From Clostridiaceae bacterium (lineage in GTDB: Bacteria; Bacillota; Clostridia; TANB77; CAG-508): DNA of 64,000 nucleotides. Shown here piece after piece: positions 20,104 to 32,077 of the stretch (its first letter is position 1; each line of letters opens with the position of its first letter). A model generated the notes under the pieces. That model was not told where the DNA came from and searched no databases. It saw nothing but the letters and a program-made list of their open reading frames with translations. The DNA lies in the NCBI GenBank assembly GCA_012513065.1, contig JAAZCX010000012.1, positions 31,938 through 95,937 of the forward strand, given 5' to 3'. The translations under genes were made by a program, and so were the position numbers.

Positions 20104-20128
20104 TTTATTATTTTCCTCCCTTAATCTT

Positions 20129-20788
20129 TTATAATAATTTTGTTCCATTTATAATAAGTTCGAACCAAATATTTAAATATTTAGCTGCATATTTACTCAT
20201 CATTGTTCTATCCATAAATATCTCAAAATAATCAAGTACTGGACATAGTTTTGTATCTATTGTTAAATCTAATGTTGCTTTTCTAGTTTCTTTATCTATT
20301 TTGAAATCTGCATTTGTTACTGCATAATTTACTTTATCATGTTTATCAAATGTAGACATATTAGTATTTACTACCCTATCTCTATGTACATCTGATTTAT
20401 CTGCTAAAATCAAAGCTGCAGATATATCACTTACTGCTGTTCCTGTCTGTTCATCATGATTTCCTATTGCCATCATAATTTCTGTTCTTCTTGTTACATC
20501 CATTTCCATTTCTTTAAGTATTTGATAAGCAAGTATTGCACCCGAATGTGCGTGATCTACTCTATTTACACAATTTCCTATATCATGCATATATCCAGCT
20601 ATCTTAGCAAGTTCAATTCTTTCTTCTGGATATTCCAATACTTCCAATATCTCTCCGGCTCTTTTGGATACTATTGAAATATGTCTTGTAGAATGTTCTG
20701 TATATCCTAATGCATTTAATTGTTTCTGTGAACCAACAATTAACTGTTTTATTTCATCGTTATTTTTAATATTTTCTAATGTTATCAT
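20129..20788 (-). CDS. HD-domain phosphohydrolase
   Basis: EHSTRH, MHDIGN, ILADKSD motifs. Confidence 0.85.
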   Translation of the reverse strand: MITLENIKNNDEIKQLIVGSQKQLNALGYTEHSTRHISIVSKRAGEILEVLEYPEERIELAKIAGYMHDIGNCVNRVDHAHSGAILAYQILKEMEMDVTRRTEIMMAIGNHDEQTGTAVSDISAALILADKSDVHRDRVVNTNMSTFDKHDKVNYAVTNADFKIDKETRKATLDLTIDTKLCPVLDYFEIFMDRTMMSKYAAKYLNIWFELIINGTKLL

Positions 20789-20913
20789 AAGTTTCCTCCA
20801 CCATCTCTAGTATTGCTTTATTCTATATTAAAACAATAAAAAATTCAACCATTTTTTGTAAATTGATTGAATTTTATATTGTTTTTTATTTAGTTTTTTA
20901 TCGTTTATATTAT

Positions 20914-21300
20914 TTATAAATTTACTCCTATTATTCCTCCTAACATTCCAGCTATAATAGAAGCTATTATCATAATAATAGTACTTAAATTTATAGAAAA
21001 GCCTGCTCCTGCTATACTAGAAATAATGTAAATTGTAAAAATATATATTATTCCTACTAATGCACCATTTAACAAACCATTCTTTTTTATCTTTAGTGTA
21101 CTTATACTACTTCCAACTAAAATGCTTATTGCTGTAATTATTATAATTACTGGATTTATAGTATTTTCTTGTACAGATGTATAAGTTAATATTATAGAAA
21201 AAACAAATAATAATATTAATGTTAATATTATTGATGTTATACTTCCTTTTAAAATTCTAATAGTATTTTGTTTTAATTCGTTTTTATCTAAATTTTCCAT
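20914..21300 (-). CDS. TIGR04086-like four-TM membrane protein
   Basis: KNGLLNGALVG and GMLGGIIGVN motifs. Confidence 0.65.
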   Translation of the reverse strand: MENLDKNELKQNTIRILKGSITSIILTLILLFVFSIILTYTSVQENTINPVIIIITAISILVGSSISTLKIKKNGLLNGALVGIIYIFTIYIISSIAGAGFSINLSTIIMIIASIIAGMLGGIIGVNL

Positions 21301-21421
21301 ATTTATATACCTCTCTTTTTTATTTATATCATTTTTATTATTTTATTTTGTTTTTATCAAATATAGAACAAAATAAAAAAGAAAAAGCATTTATACTTTT
21401 TCTTTTTTATTAATGTTATAT

Positions 21422-22789
21422 TTAATTTTCTTTATTTCCATATTTATTTATATAATCGATTACATCATAAGAAGTTTTATCATATATCATTGTATATTCA
21501 TCTCTACCATTATTAGTTATAGAATATACTGTATCTAATGCTGGTGGTACTAATTCTTTTCCTGTAGAATTAATTATTCCATATAATTTTGTTTCTCTTC
21601 CTTGTTCCATCTCGTATTTTTTTCCAAATACTATTGCTTCTATATTTGGAATTACTACAATATTATTAAAGTTTTTATTATTTGCTAGACATCCAATTTG
21701 ATCATATTGTAATGGTACTATAAGTTTTCCTTTTACATCATACATTCCCCATTTATCATTTTGTTTTACAGGAATAGCATTATTAAATAATATGTAAGAA
21801 TTTTTTATATTATTATTTTGAAATTTAGTAGTATCAATTCCTACTTCATCATATTCTAAGTATATTAATATTTTTCCATTTTTCTCAATAACACCTTTTT
21901 TATTATTGTTTGTTGCTAAATATAAATTTAAATCTTTATCTATTTGTTTTAATGCATCATATTGAGGTTTTACCTTTGTTTCTCCTTCTGCTGTTATAAT
22001 TCCAACTTTATTTTCTTCTGTAGTTACAATAAATTCTTTTGTACTTTCGATAAATTCAATATTTGTGTATTTAGTTCCTACAATTTCAGTTCCATCTATT
22101 GTATAAATACCATATCTAATATTTTTATTAATATAATCTTGTTGTTCACTATTTTCTATATTTTGTACTATTAATAAGTTATATAACAAAGCTTTTTGAT
22201 TATTAAAATTATCAAATACAGCTGAATATTTATAAGATTTTGTATAATAATTTGATAAATATGGTAATGTGTTAATTACTATTTTATTCTGTGATTTGTC
22301 ATAAGATACTTGTAAATTACAAGCAATACCTATTCCTTCTGATGAAATATATAATTTATCATTTATCATTTTTATTGGTTCTTCTAAAGTAAAAAATTGA
22401 TAATCTAATTGTTCAAGTGGTGTTTTATATATTTTATTAGAATCTTTTTCAAATGTACAAACTTCATTTTCACCTTCTAGGTAACAACTGTTGTTGTCTT
22501 CCGAATATTGCTTATATCCTCCATTATAATATTTATAATCTATTATTGGAGCTATATCTTTTAATGATACATATGCTGTATTACCTTCAAATATAAACAA
22601 ATCTGATGTTGTTACTTGCATATTTTTACCATCAACTGAAAATTTAAATTGTTGTTGTTGTAAATAATATATTGCAAAATATAATGCTATACTGATTATT
22701 AATAATGTTATAATTGCTATTATTATACCTGTCATAATTTTTTTTGTCTTTTTTTCTTTTTCTTCTTGATTTGTTCCTATAATATTCAT
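21422..22789 (-). CDS. Membrane-anchored WG-repeat protein
   Basis: N-terminal TM then repeats such as KWGMYDVKGKLIVPLQYD, YGIINSTGKELVP. Confidence 0.65.
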   Translation of the reverse strand: MNIIGTNQEEKEKKTKKIMTGIIIAIITLLIISIALYFAIYYLQQQQFKFSVDGKNMQVTTSDLFIFEGNTAYVSLKDIAPIIDYKYYNGGYKQYSEDNNSCYLEGENEVCTFEKDSNKIYKTPLEQLDYQFFTLEEPIKMINDKLYISSEGIGIACNLQVSYDKSQNKIVINTLPYLSNYYTKSYKYSAVFDNFNNQKALLYNLLIVQNIENSEQQDYINKNIRYGIYTIDGTEIVGTKYTNIEFIESTKEFIVTTEENKVGIITAEGETKVKPQYDALKQIDKDLNLYLATNNNKKGVIEKNGKILIYLEYDEVGIDTTKFQNNNIKNSYILFNNAIPVKQNDKWGMYDVKGKLIVPLQYDQIGCLANNKNFNNIVVIPNIEAIVFGKKYEMEQGRETKLYGIINSTGKELVPPALDTVYSITNNGRDEYTMIYDKTSYDVIDYINKYGNKEN

Positions 22790-22812
22790 AAAAACCCCCA
22801 TTTTCTTTCGTT

Positions 22813-23958
<1,146 letters not shown>

Positions 23959-24152
23959 TTATTTATTTTTTATTCTTATATAATTATACTAGATTTAACG
24001 AAAAAATCAATTGTTTATTATAATTTTAAGAGGCTGATTCATATATTTTTGTTTTTATTTTTATTTTTATTTTTTATTTTAATATTTTTCGACATATTTT
24101 TTTTATATTTTGTTAATACTATATAAAAAATATAGGAGATTAAATTTGTGTT

Positions 24153-24812
24153 ATGAATCAGATATTAGATAGTAATTTTAATATAGATAAAAACTATTCT
24201 TTTTCAAAATTAAAAAAATTTAAAATAATATTTTGGGTTTTTATTATTATAACAATCTTTTTTATTATTTTTTATTTTTATTTGAAATATAATACATCAC
24301 AGAAAGAAAAAATTTCTAAAAGTTTAGTAGATAATTTTAGTATTACTACTTTATATCCAAATATAAATTCTAGTGATTATATATCTCAAAAAATAGCATA
24401 TAGTGAAAATGATAAAATTGAACCTTTTGTTGTTGGTTTAATAAAAATTGATAAAATAGATTTAATGTATCCAATACTTTCTCATAGTACAGAGGATCTT
24501 TTATCTATTGCACCTTGTCGTTTTTATGGACCATTACCAAACAATGTAGGAAATCTTTGTATAGCTGGGCATAATTATGCGAATAATACATTGTTTGGAA
24601 AATTACATTTAATTACTATAGGTGATGTAGTTGAAATTTATGACTTAGATGGAACTAAATTACTTTATACAATCTACGAGAAGAAAGAAATTAATTCTGA
24701 TGATTTATCTTGTTTAAACCAATCAACAGATGGTTTATGTGAAATAACATTAATTACTTGTAATACAATTAAAGGTAATCGTACAATTATAAAAGCAAAA
24801 GAAAATAGATAA
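24153..24812 (+). CDS. Sortase
   Basis: N-terminal TM, IAGHN, TLITC and downstream Arg (His-Cys-Arg triad). Confidence 0.85.
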   Translation: MNQILDSNFNIDKNYSFSKLKKFKIIFWVFIIITIFFIIFYFYLKYNTSQKEKISKSLVDNFSITTLYPNINSSDYISQKIAYSENDKIEPFVVGLIKIDKIDLMYPILSHSTEDLLSIAPCRFYGPLPNNVGNLCIAGHNYANNTLFGKLHLITIGDVVEIYDLDGTKLLYTIYEKKEINSDDLSCLNQSTDGLCEITLITCNTIKGNRTIIKAKENR

Positions 24813-24869
24813 AATATCTATTTTCTTATATTATTTTTATTATTTTTTATTTTCAATTTTTACAAATTA

Positions 24870-25229
24870 TTATACATTATAATCTCTAACTTTTTTATAA
24901 GCATATACTGCTATAACTGCAGATACTATTATTAATCCAAATACTGCATAATCACTTGCATCTCCTGTTTGTGGTAATGTTGTATTTTGATAAGTACTTC
25001 CTGTTGTATTTGTAGTTGTAGTTATATTTGTTGTAGTTGGAGCTACAACATTTGCTGTTGTATTTGTTGTTGTATTTGATGTTGTATTTGATGTTGTTGT
25101 GTTAATTGTTGGTATTTGTATTGGATTATTTGATGTTCCTGTTGCAAATACACTAGTAGATATTGCACAAGTTACAGCTATAATAATTACAATTGCTAAA
25201 ACTTCTTTTTTTACACTTAATTTTTTCAT
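24870..25229 (-). CDS. Small Thr/Asn-rich LPXTG cell-wall anchored protein
   Basis: Signal peptide, low-complexity T/N core, LPQTG + hydrophobic helix + KKVR tail. Confidence 0.85.
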   Translation of the reverse strand: MKKLSVKKEVLAIVIIIAVTCAISTSVFATGTSNNPIQIPTINTTTSNTTSNTTTNTTANVVAPTTTNITTTTNTTGSTYQNTTLPQTGDASDYAVFGLIIVSAVIAVYAYKKVRDYNV

Positions 25230-25397
25230 AATTTTTATTCTCCTTTTTTCTTCTGAAATTAATATTATTATTTATATTTTCGCCAAAAATATACGTAAAA
25301 TATAAATTCTCTATAAAACTGTTATCATTTTAACCCTTTTTACAATATTAGTCAACATTTTTTTATGTTTTTTATATTACATTTATGTTACAATTTT

Positions 25398-27698
25398 TTA
25401 TTCTGTTCTTAATGCAACCACAGGATCTTTTTTGGCTGCTATTTTTGCTGGTATAAATCCTCCTATTAAAGTTAGTATTATGCTAATAACAATTAGTATA
25501 ATAGCATGAATTGGATTTAATTTTGCAACATTAGCAAGATCTGTTAATTCTTTAATAATAATATTTATAGGGAATATTAATGCATATGTTATTCCTATAG
25601 CTAATACTCCTGAGCACATTCCAATTATAAATGTTTCAGCATTAAATACTCGTGTAATATCTTTTTTTCTAGCTCCTATTGCTCTTAAAATTCCGATTTC
25701 TTTTGTTCTTTCTAAAACAGAAATATATGTTATTATTCCAATCATTATAGACGAAACAACTAATGAGATTGCTGAAAATGCTATTAATACAACTGTTATT
25801 GCATCAATTATTCCGCCTGATAGAGATGTAATTGCTTCTGCATAATCTGTATATACTACTCTATCATCTTCTGATTTTTCTTCATTATATTTATCAAGAT
25901 ATTCAATTATTTTATCTTTTGTATTAAAATCTTTTGGATATACTTGAATTATAATAGAAGTTTTATCATCTCCTAAATATGAAAGTATTGTATCTTTAGT
26001 AGTAATTCCTTCATCTGTTGTATCGAATTTTTCTCCTGTTAAAACATTATAATTTGCATCTATTTGTGCTTTTACAATTTTTGAATTTTTGTTATTTTCT
26101 ATAACATATTGTGCTAGTTTTTCTTTATAACAACATCCTGTTCCACTATATTCTGCAAATGTATTATTTTCTTTTCCTCTTATTATTCCTGTAATTTTTA
26201 ATGTTATTGTTTTTTCATTATTATAAAGTTTTTCATAATCTGTATTAACTATAAAATATTTACCAATCTTCTCATATAATTCATCATTTAATACAATTTT
26301 AAATTCTTTGTTTAATATTTCATCAAATGAAATAGCTTCTTCTTTTTTATATCCTAATATTTCTAATATACTTTTAGATAATCTATTTTGAGTATCTATT
26401 AATAATCCAAGCTCTTCTTTATTTTCTGGCATTTTTCCATATATTAAATCAAAATTATTTTCAATTAGTGGCATTTGTTCTTCATTTATTTTTTCTGGTA
26501 ATGGAAAAAATGCTTTACTTACATCTATCATTTTTACTTTTTCATCAATTTTAGTAAGTACATTTAATTTTGTTGTTCTTTGAAATCCAATTCCTGAAAT
26601 TAAATCTTTATCAATGTTTTTTATATACTCTTCATACTCTTTTGTTATTTTATTTGTATGAACCATATTTGTTATTTCTTCTAATGGATATATTTCTTGT
26701 TTAGTTGTAAATTTATTTTCTTTATTTGTTTCATTCATTGATTTTTGTAGATCTTCTTCAGTTACATTCATTGTTTGCTTTGATATCATAATTGGCATTT
26801 GTGATAAAGTATCTCTTTCAAATTCTTCAATTTGAATATTGAATCCATTTGATAAAGATAAAATAAGTGCTATTCCTATCATACCAATGCTAGATGCAAA
26901 TGCTGTTAAAATAGTTCTTCCTTTTTTAGTTTTTATATTGTTAAAAGAAAGTTTTAAAGCTGAGAAAAATCCCATAGAAGTTTTTATTAATTTATATTTT
27001 TCTTGTTCTCCATCTTCTTTATTTAATGGATTAGAATCTTTTATAACTTTACCATCTCTTATTTCTATAATACGTGTAGAATATTCTTCTGCAAGTTCTG
27101 CATTATGAGTTACCATTATTACTAATTTTTCTTTTGCTATTTCTTTAATTAATTCCATTATTTGAATACTTGTTTTTGAATCAAGTGCTCCAGTTGGTTC
27201 ATCAGCCATTATTATGTCTGGGTTATTAACTAATGCTCTAGCTATTGCCACTCTTTGCATTTGTCCCCCTGATAATTGATTTGGTTTTTTATGCATATGA
27301 TCTTTAAGTCCTACTTGTTCCAAGGCTTTTTTAGCTTTTTCTTTTCTTGTTTTTTTAGATACTCCGCTTAAACGTAATCCCATTTCAACATTATCTAGGA
27401 TAGTAATATGATTAATCAAATTATAATTTTGGAAAATAAATCCTATACTATTATTACGGTATGCATCCCAATCTCTATCTTTATATTTTTTAGTTGATGC
27501 TCCATTAATTATTAAATCTCCTGTATCATATTTGTCTAATCCACCTATAATGTTTAATAGTGTTGATTTACCACTACCACTTGGTCCTAATATAGCAACA
27601 AATTCGTTTTTTCTAAAATCAATAGAAACACCATCTAAGGCTTTTTGTACAAAATCTGCTGTTTTAAAACTTTTACTAATATTTTTAACTTGTAACAT
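25398..27698 (-). CDS. Fused ABC transporter ATPase/permease (MacB/FtsX-like)
   Basis: GPSGSGKS, LSGGQMQR, ADEPTGALD, ERTKEIGILRAIGA; start at ATG 27698 after AGGAG. Confidence 0.9.
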   Translation of the reverse strand: MLQVKNISKSFKTADFVQKALDGVSIDFRKNEFVAILGPSGSGKSTLLNIIGGLDKYDTGDLIINGASTKKYKDRDWDAYRNNSIGFIFQNYNLINHITILDNVEMGLRLSGVSKKTRKEKAKKALEQVGLKDHMHKKPNQLSGGQMQRVAIARALVNNPDIIMADEPTGALDSKTSIQIMELIKEIAKEKLVIMVTHNAELAEEYSTRIIEIRDGKVIKDSNPLNKEDGEQEKYKLIKTSMGFFSALKLSFNNIKTKKGRTILTAFASSIGMIGIALILSLSNGFNIQIEEFERDTLSQMPIMISKQTMNVTEEDLQKSMNETNKENKFTTKQEIYPLEEITNMVHTNKITKEYEEYIKNIDKDLISGIGFQRTTKLNVLTKIDEKVKMIDVSKAFFPLPEKINEEQMPLIENNFDLIYGKMPENKEELGLLIDTQNRLSKSILEILGYKKEEAISFDEILNKEFKIVLNDELYEKIGKYFIVNTDYEKLYNNEKTITLKITGIIRGKENNTFAEYSGTGCCYKEKLAQYVIENNKNSKIVKAQIDANYNVLTGEKFDTTDEGITTKDTILSYLGDDKTSIIIQVYPKDFNTKDKIIEYLDKYNEEKSEDDRVVYTDYAEAITSLSGGIIDAITVVLIAFSAISLVVSSIMIGIITYISVLERTKEIGILRAIGARKKDITRVFNAETFIIGMCSGVLAIGITYALIFPINIIIKELTDLANVAKLNPIHAIILIVISIILTLIGGFIPAKIAAKKDPVVALRTE

Positions 27699-27864
27699 TT
27701 TTTCTCCTTTTTTCTTTTTAATTAACCGTTTTAGTTTATCATTTTTTAATATATTATTCAAGTATTTTTTTTATACATTTTTGCGTTTTTATTTTAACTT
27801 TATATAAATATAACAAAAAAAAAGACTTAACTCTTTTAATTTAGTTAAGTCTTTTAATATTTAA

Positions 27865-28404
27865 TTATTCTTCAGTTTTTGTTGTTTCTTCTGAAACTGG
27901 TTCTTCTTTTACTTCTTCTACTGTTTCTTCTGTTACAGTATCAACTGTTTCTTCAACAACAGGAGTTTCTGTTTCAATTGCAGGAGCTTCTTCTGGAGCT
28001 GCTACTACTACTTCTTCTTCTAAATCTTCTTTAAGTGTAATTTCTTTGTTTTCAATTCTTGCACCTAAATTTTCTTTAGTTTTAGCTGATTTTCCAACTC
28101 TATCTCTTAAGTAATATAATTTTGCTCTTCTAGCTTTACCAACTCTTACTACTTCGATTTTTTCTACCATTGGAGAATGAATTAGAAATGTTTTTTCAAC
28201 TCCTACTCCATAAGCTACTTTTCTTACAGTGAAAGTCGCATTTGATCCTCCACCTTGTTTTTTAATTATAATTCCTTCGAATACTTGAATTCTTTCTCTA
28301 TTTCCTTCTTTTATTTTTTGGTGTACTTTAATTGTATCACCAACATGAAGGTCAGGAATTTTATTTTTTAATTGTTCATGTTCAATTGATTTAATAATAT
28401 CCAT
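27865..28404 (-). CDS. rplS: 50S ribosomal protein L19 with acidic C-terminal extension
   Basis: [24 protein letters not shown]. Confidence 0.96.
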   Translation of the reverse strand: MDIIKSIEHEQLKNKIPDLHVGDTIKVHQKIKEGNRERIQVFEGIIIKKQGGGSNATFTVRKVAYGVGVEKTFLIHSPMVEKIEVVRVGKARRAKLYYLRDRVGKSAKTKENLGARIENKEITLKEDLEEEVVVAAPEEAPAIETETPVVEETVDTVTEETVEEVKEEPVSEETTKTEE

Positions 28405-28461
28405 ATTATGATATTCTCCTTTCTTATACTTAAGTGTCGCATCTTATATTTTAGATGGCGC

Positions 28462-29131
28462 TTATTCATTTAATAAATCTGGTCTTTTTTGTTTTGTAAT
28501 TTCTATTGATTTTTCTTGTCTCCATTTGTGAATATTTTCGTGATGACCGTGAAATTAATATTTCAGGTACTTTTTTATCTAAAAATGTTTCAGGTCTTGT
28601 ATATTGTGGATATTCTAATAAGTTATTAGAAAAAGATTCTTCCTGTGTAGATTCTTCATTTAAAACTCCATCTACATATCTGCTAATTGAATCAATTAGT
28701 ACCATACTTGGAAGTTCTCCTCCTGTTAATACATAATCTCCTATTGAAATTTCCTCATCTACAATTTCATCTAAAACTCTTTGATCAATTCCTTCATAAT
28801 GTCCACATAATAAGATAAGATGTTTTTCTTTGGCTAAGTTCACTATTTTTTCTTGGTTTAAAGTTTTTCCTTGTGGAGAAAGATAAATAACTTTTGCATT
28901 ACTTCTTTCTTCTATAGATTTATAAGCATCATATACAACATCTGGTCTAATTATCATTCCTGCTCCTCCACCATATGGAGTATCATCTACTTTTTTGTGT
29001 TTATCTTTTGAAAAATCTCTAATGTTAATTATATTAACTTTGATTTTTTCGTTTTCTTGTGCTCTTCCTAAAATGCTTTCCTTGATTGGTGTAAACATTT
29101 CGGGGAAAAGAGTTAACACATCAAATTGCAT
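28462..29131 (-). CDS. trmD: tRNA (guanine37-N1)-methyltransferase, needs +1 shift at TCA-CGGT (28549-28546)
   Basis: VDDTPYGGGAGM, CGHYEGIDQR, IGDYVLTGGE; skipping the C restores VPEILISGHHENIHKWRQEKSIEITKQKRPDLLNE*. Confidence 0.95.
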
Positions 29132-29147
29132 ATTAAAGCTTCCTTTC

Positions 29148-29654
29148 TTATTCTAAACCTTCAATTAAGTGAACTATTACTTTTCCTTTTTCCAAATCAA
29201 TATTCTTTAATACTTCAGGAATACTTGGCAATAATATTTGTTTACCTTTTTCGTCTTTTACAACATATACATCGTTGGCTCCTGTAGGGAAAATATCATC
29301 TACTTTTCCTAAAAGCTGTCCTTGATCTGTATATACTTCTAATCCTAATATATCTGCAATAAAATATGTGTCTTTTGGAAGTTTTTTAGCATCTTTTCTA
29401 TTAATCTTTAAAAATAGACCTTTATACTTTTCTGCTTCTGTCATATCTTCAATCCCTTTTACTTTTAGTAAAACCATTTCTTTATGATATTTAACTTCTT
29501 CAATTTCTACTTTTTTCATTTCATTTTTTTTACAGATATAAACTGTTTTTAATTCTTCAAATCGTTCCAAATCATCAGTAAAAGGTTTTACTTTTAAAAG
29601 TCCTTTTATTCCAAATGTATTAACAATTTGACCTACTTCAAAATATTCTTGCAT
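29148..29654 (-). CDS. rimM: Ribosome maturation factor RimM
   Basis: VGQIVNTFGIKG, TGANDVYVV; operon context. Confidence 0.94.
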   Translation of the reverse strand: MQEYFEVGQIVNTFGIKGLLKVKPFTDDLERFEELKTVYICKKNEMKKVEIEEVKYHKEMVLLKVKGIEDMTEAEKYKGLFLKINRKDAKKLPKDTYFIADILGLEVYTDQGQLLGKVDDIFPTGANDVYVVKDEKGKQILLPSIPEVLKNIDLEKGKVIVHLIEGLE

Positions 29655-29663
29655 ATTTCCCTC

Positions 29664-29894
29664 TTAATCTAAGAATTCAACAATAACTCTTTTATGTTCT
29701 TTTCCTGCTATAGATTTCATTAATGTTCTTATTGATTTAGCAATTCTTCCTTGTTTACCAATTACTTTTCCAATATCAGATTCTTTTACTTTAACTTCAA
29801 ATACTATTGTTTTTCCTTCTTCTTTTTCATTAATAGTAACTTCGTCTTTATTTTCTACAAGGTTTTTAATTAATGTTTCTAGAATTTCTTTCAT
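29664..29894 (-). CDS. khpA: KH-domain RNA-binding protein
   Basis: DIGKVIGKQGRIAKSIR; between rpsP and rimM. Confidence 0.9.
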   Translation of the reverse strand: MKEILETLIKNLVENKDEVTINEKEEGKTIVFEVKVKESDIGKVIGKQGRIAKSIRTLMKSIAGKEHKRVIVEFLD

Positions 29895-29915
29895 ATATAA
29901 AATTCCTCCTAGCTC

Positions 29916-30146
29916 TTAAGCTCTATTTATTAGAGATTTTACAGATTCTGTTGGTTTTGCACCATTTTTTGTCCAAATGTCTAATTTTTCTTTATCTAAA
30001 ACAATTGTTGATGGATTTGTCATTGGATCATATGTTCCAATTTGTTCAATTATTTTTCCATCTCTTGGGCTTCTTGAATCAGCTACTACAATGTGATAGA
30101 ATGGAGCTTTTTTAGCACCTACTCTTTTTAATCTAATTTTTACCAT
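29916..30146 (-). CDS. rpsP: 30S ribosomal protein S16
   Basis: [25 protein letters not shown]. Confidence 0.96.
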   Translation of the reverse strand: MVKIRLKRVGAKKAPFYHIVVADSRSPRDGKIIEQIGTYDPMTNPSTIVLDKEKLDIWTKNGAKPTESVKSLINRA

Positions 30147-30196
30147 ATTTTTCACCTCTTTCTAATAATTTATATATATTAATAAAAAATTAATAA

Positions 30197-31547
30197 CTAC
30201 TTCATAAGATTTTTTAAATCTTGTGGATTCATATTTTTCATAAGATTTTTCATGCCTTTTCCATCTTGCATTTTTTTCATCATTTTTTGTGTCATTTCAA
30301 AAGATTTCATAAATTGATTTATTTGTTGTACACTTGTTCCACTACCTTTAGCTATACGAACTCTTCTACTTGCATTTAAAATTTTAGGTGTTCTTCTTTC
30401 TTGTTTTGTCATAGAACAAATAATTGCTTCAATTTTTACAAACTCTTTATCATCAACTTTTAAATCTTTAACATTTGCCATACCTGGTAACATTTTTAAT
30501 ATTGATGAAAATGAACCCATTTTCTTTACTTGTCTTAGTTGTGATAAATAATCATCTAAGTCAAAATCTTTCTTTTTTAATTGTTTTTCTAATTTTTCTG
30601 CTTCTTCAAAATCAAATGATTCTTCTGCTTTTTCTATTATTGAAAGAACATCTCCCATTCCTAAAATACGTGATGCCATTCTTTCTGGATGAAATTCTTC
30701 TATATCACTTAACTTTTCACCTATAGCTGCAAATTTAATTGGTCTATTAGTTATTTTTTTAACTGATAATGCTGCACCACCACGAGTATCACCATCTAAT
30801 TTTGTAAGTACCACTCCATCTATTCCTAGATTTTCGTTAAAACTTTCTGCTACATTTACTGCATCTTGACCTGTCATAGAATCAACTACTAGTAATATTT
30901 CATGTGGTTTTATATTTGATTTTACATTTTTTAGTTCTTGCATTAATTCTTCATCTATATGAAGTCTTCCTGCTGTATCTAATATAACTACATCATTTAA
31001 TTTACTTATTGCTACATTCATTGCCTGTTTTGCAATATGTACAACATCTCTAGATTGTTCATTGCTATAAACTGGTATATCTAATTGTGAACCAACTACT
31101 TGTAATTGTTTAATTGCTGCTGGTCTATAAATATCACATGCTACTAATAATGGTTTCTTTCCTTGCTTTCTTAAAAGATTTGCAAGCTTTCCTGCTGTTG
31201 TTGTTTTTCCGTGATCCTTGTAAACCTACTAACATAATAACTGTGGGAGGATTTGGTGTAAAATTGATTTTACTTTCTTGACCTCCTAGAAGTTCTACTA
31301 ATTCATCTTTTACAATTTTTACTACTTGTTGTCCTGGTGTTAAGGATTTTAATACATCTTGGCCTAATGCTTTTTCTTGTACTGATGAAATAAAATCTTT
31401 TACAATTTTATAGTTTACATCAGCTTCTAATAAAGCAAGTTTTACTTCTCTTAATATTTCTTTTAAATCTGATTCTGTTATTCTTGCTTTTCCTCTTAAT
31501 TTTTTTGTAATATCTTGAAGTTTTGAAGATAATCCTTCAAATGCCAT
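30197..31547 (-). CDS. ffh: Signal recognition particle protein Ffh, needs +1 shift at TCA-CGGA (31211-31208)
   Basis: ALLEADVN N-domain; CAA GGA TCA CGGA AAA ACA ACA gives GLQGSGKTTTAGKLA; continues open through DIYRPAA, DTAGR, TKLDGD to the M domain. Confidence 0.96.
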
Positions 31548-31571
31548 GACATTTCCTCCTTTGAATTAATT

Positions 31572-31919
31572 TTAAACTAAACAACTTAATTCTTTTCTAA
31601 CATGATTTAGTATTTTTTCAATCTTCTTGTCAGATGAAGTTTCTTCGATTTTACTTAATTCGCTTAATACTTCTTGTAACATTTTTTCCTGTTTCATCAT
31701 CTTTTCCATAAACAAAAGCTTTTCTTCTAGCTCTAAAAGCTTATTCTCTCCCTTCTTTATAATGTCTCTAACAGCTTGTCTTGTAATTTTATTGTTTTCT
31801 GCTATTTCTGAAAGAGATAAGTCATTATTATAGTAATCTGTTAATATTTCAAGCTGTTTGTCAGTTAATAATTTACCATAAATCTCACATAACATACTTA
31901 CTTTAATATTCTTTTCCAT
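31572..31919 (-). CDS. ylxM: YlxM family DNA-binding protein
   Basis: YGKLLTDKQ, DLSLSEIAE, TRQAVRD; upstream of ffh. Confidence 0.9.
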   Translation of the reverse strand: MEKNIKVSMLCEIYGKLLTDKQLEILTDYYNNDLSLSEIAENNKITRQAVRDIIKKGENKLLELEEKLLFMEKMMKQEKMLQEVLSELSKIEETSSDKKIEKILNHVRKELSCLV

Positions 31920-32077
31920 ACAACCACCTCTAATCAAAAATGATACATACTTTCTGTTAATTTGTAATGCTAATATACTTTACACTATTTTTGTTAATTT
32001 GTCAAGTACTTTTGCTTTACTTTTATATATTTTTTCTCTTATTTCTTTCTTATGTTTTTTATATTTTTATGTTTTAT

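Noticed and set aside
25000..25100. Short tandem repeats as CRISPR or antitoxin array
   Set aside because: They are codon-level repeats of the Thr/Asn-rich LPXTG protein; no spacer structure or cas genes are present in the window.
27699..27761. In-frame CGG in the N-terminal extension of the ABC transporter ORF
   Set aside because: It lies upstream of the likely true start (ATG 27698 with AGGAG RBS), so it is not coding.
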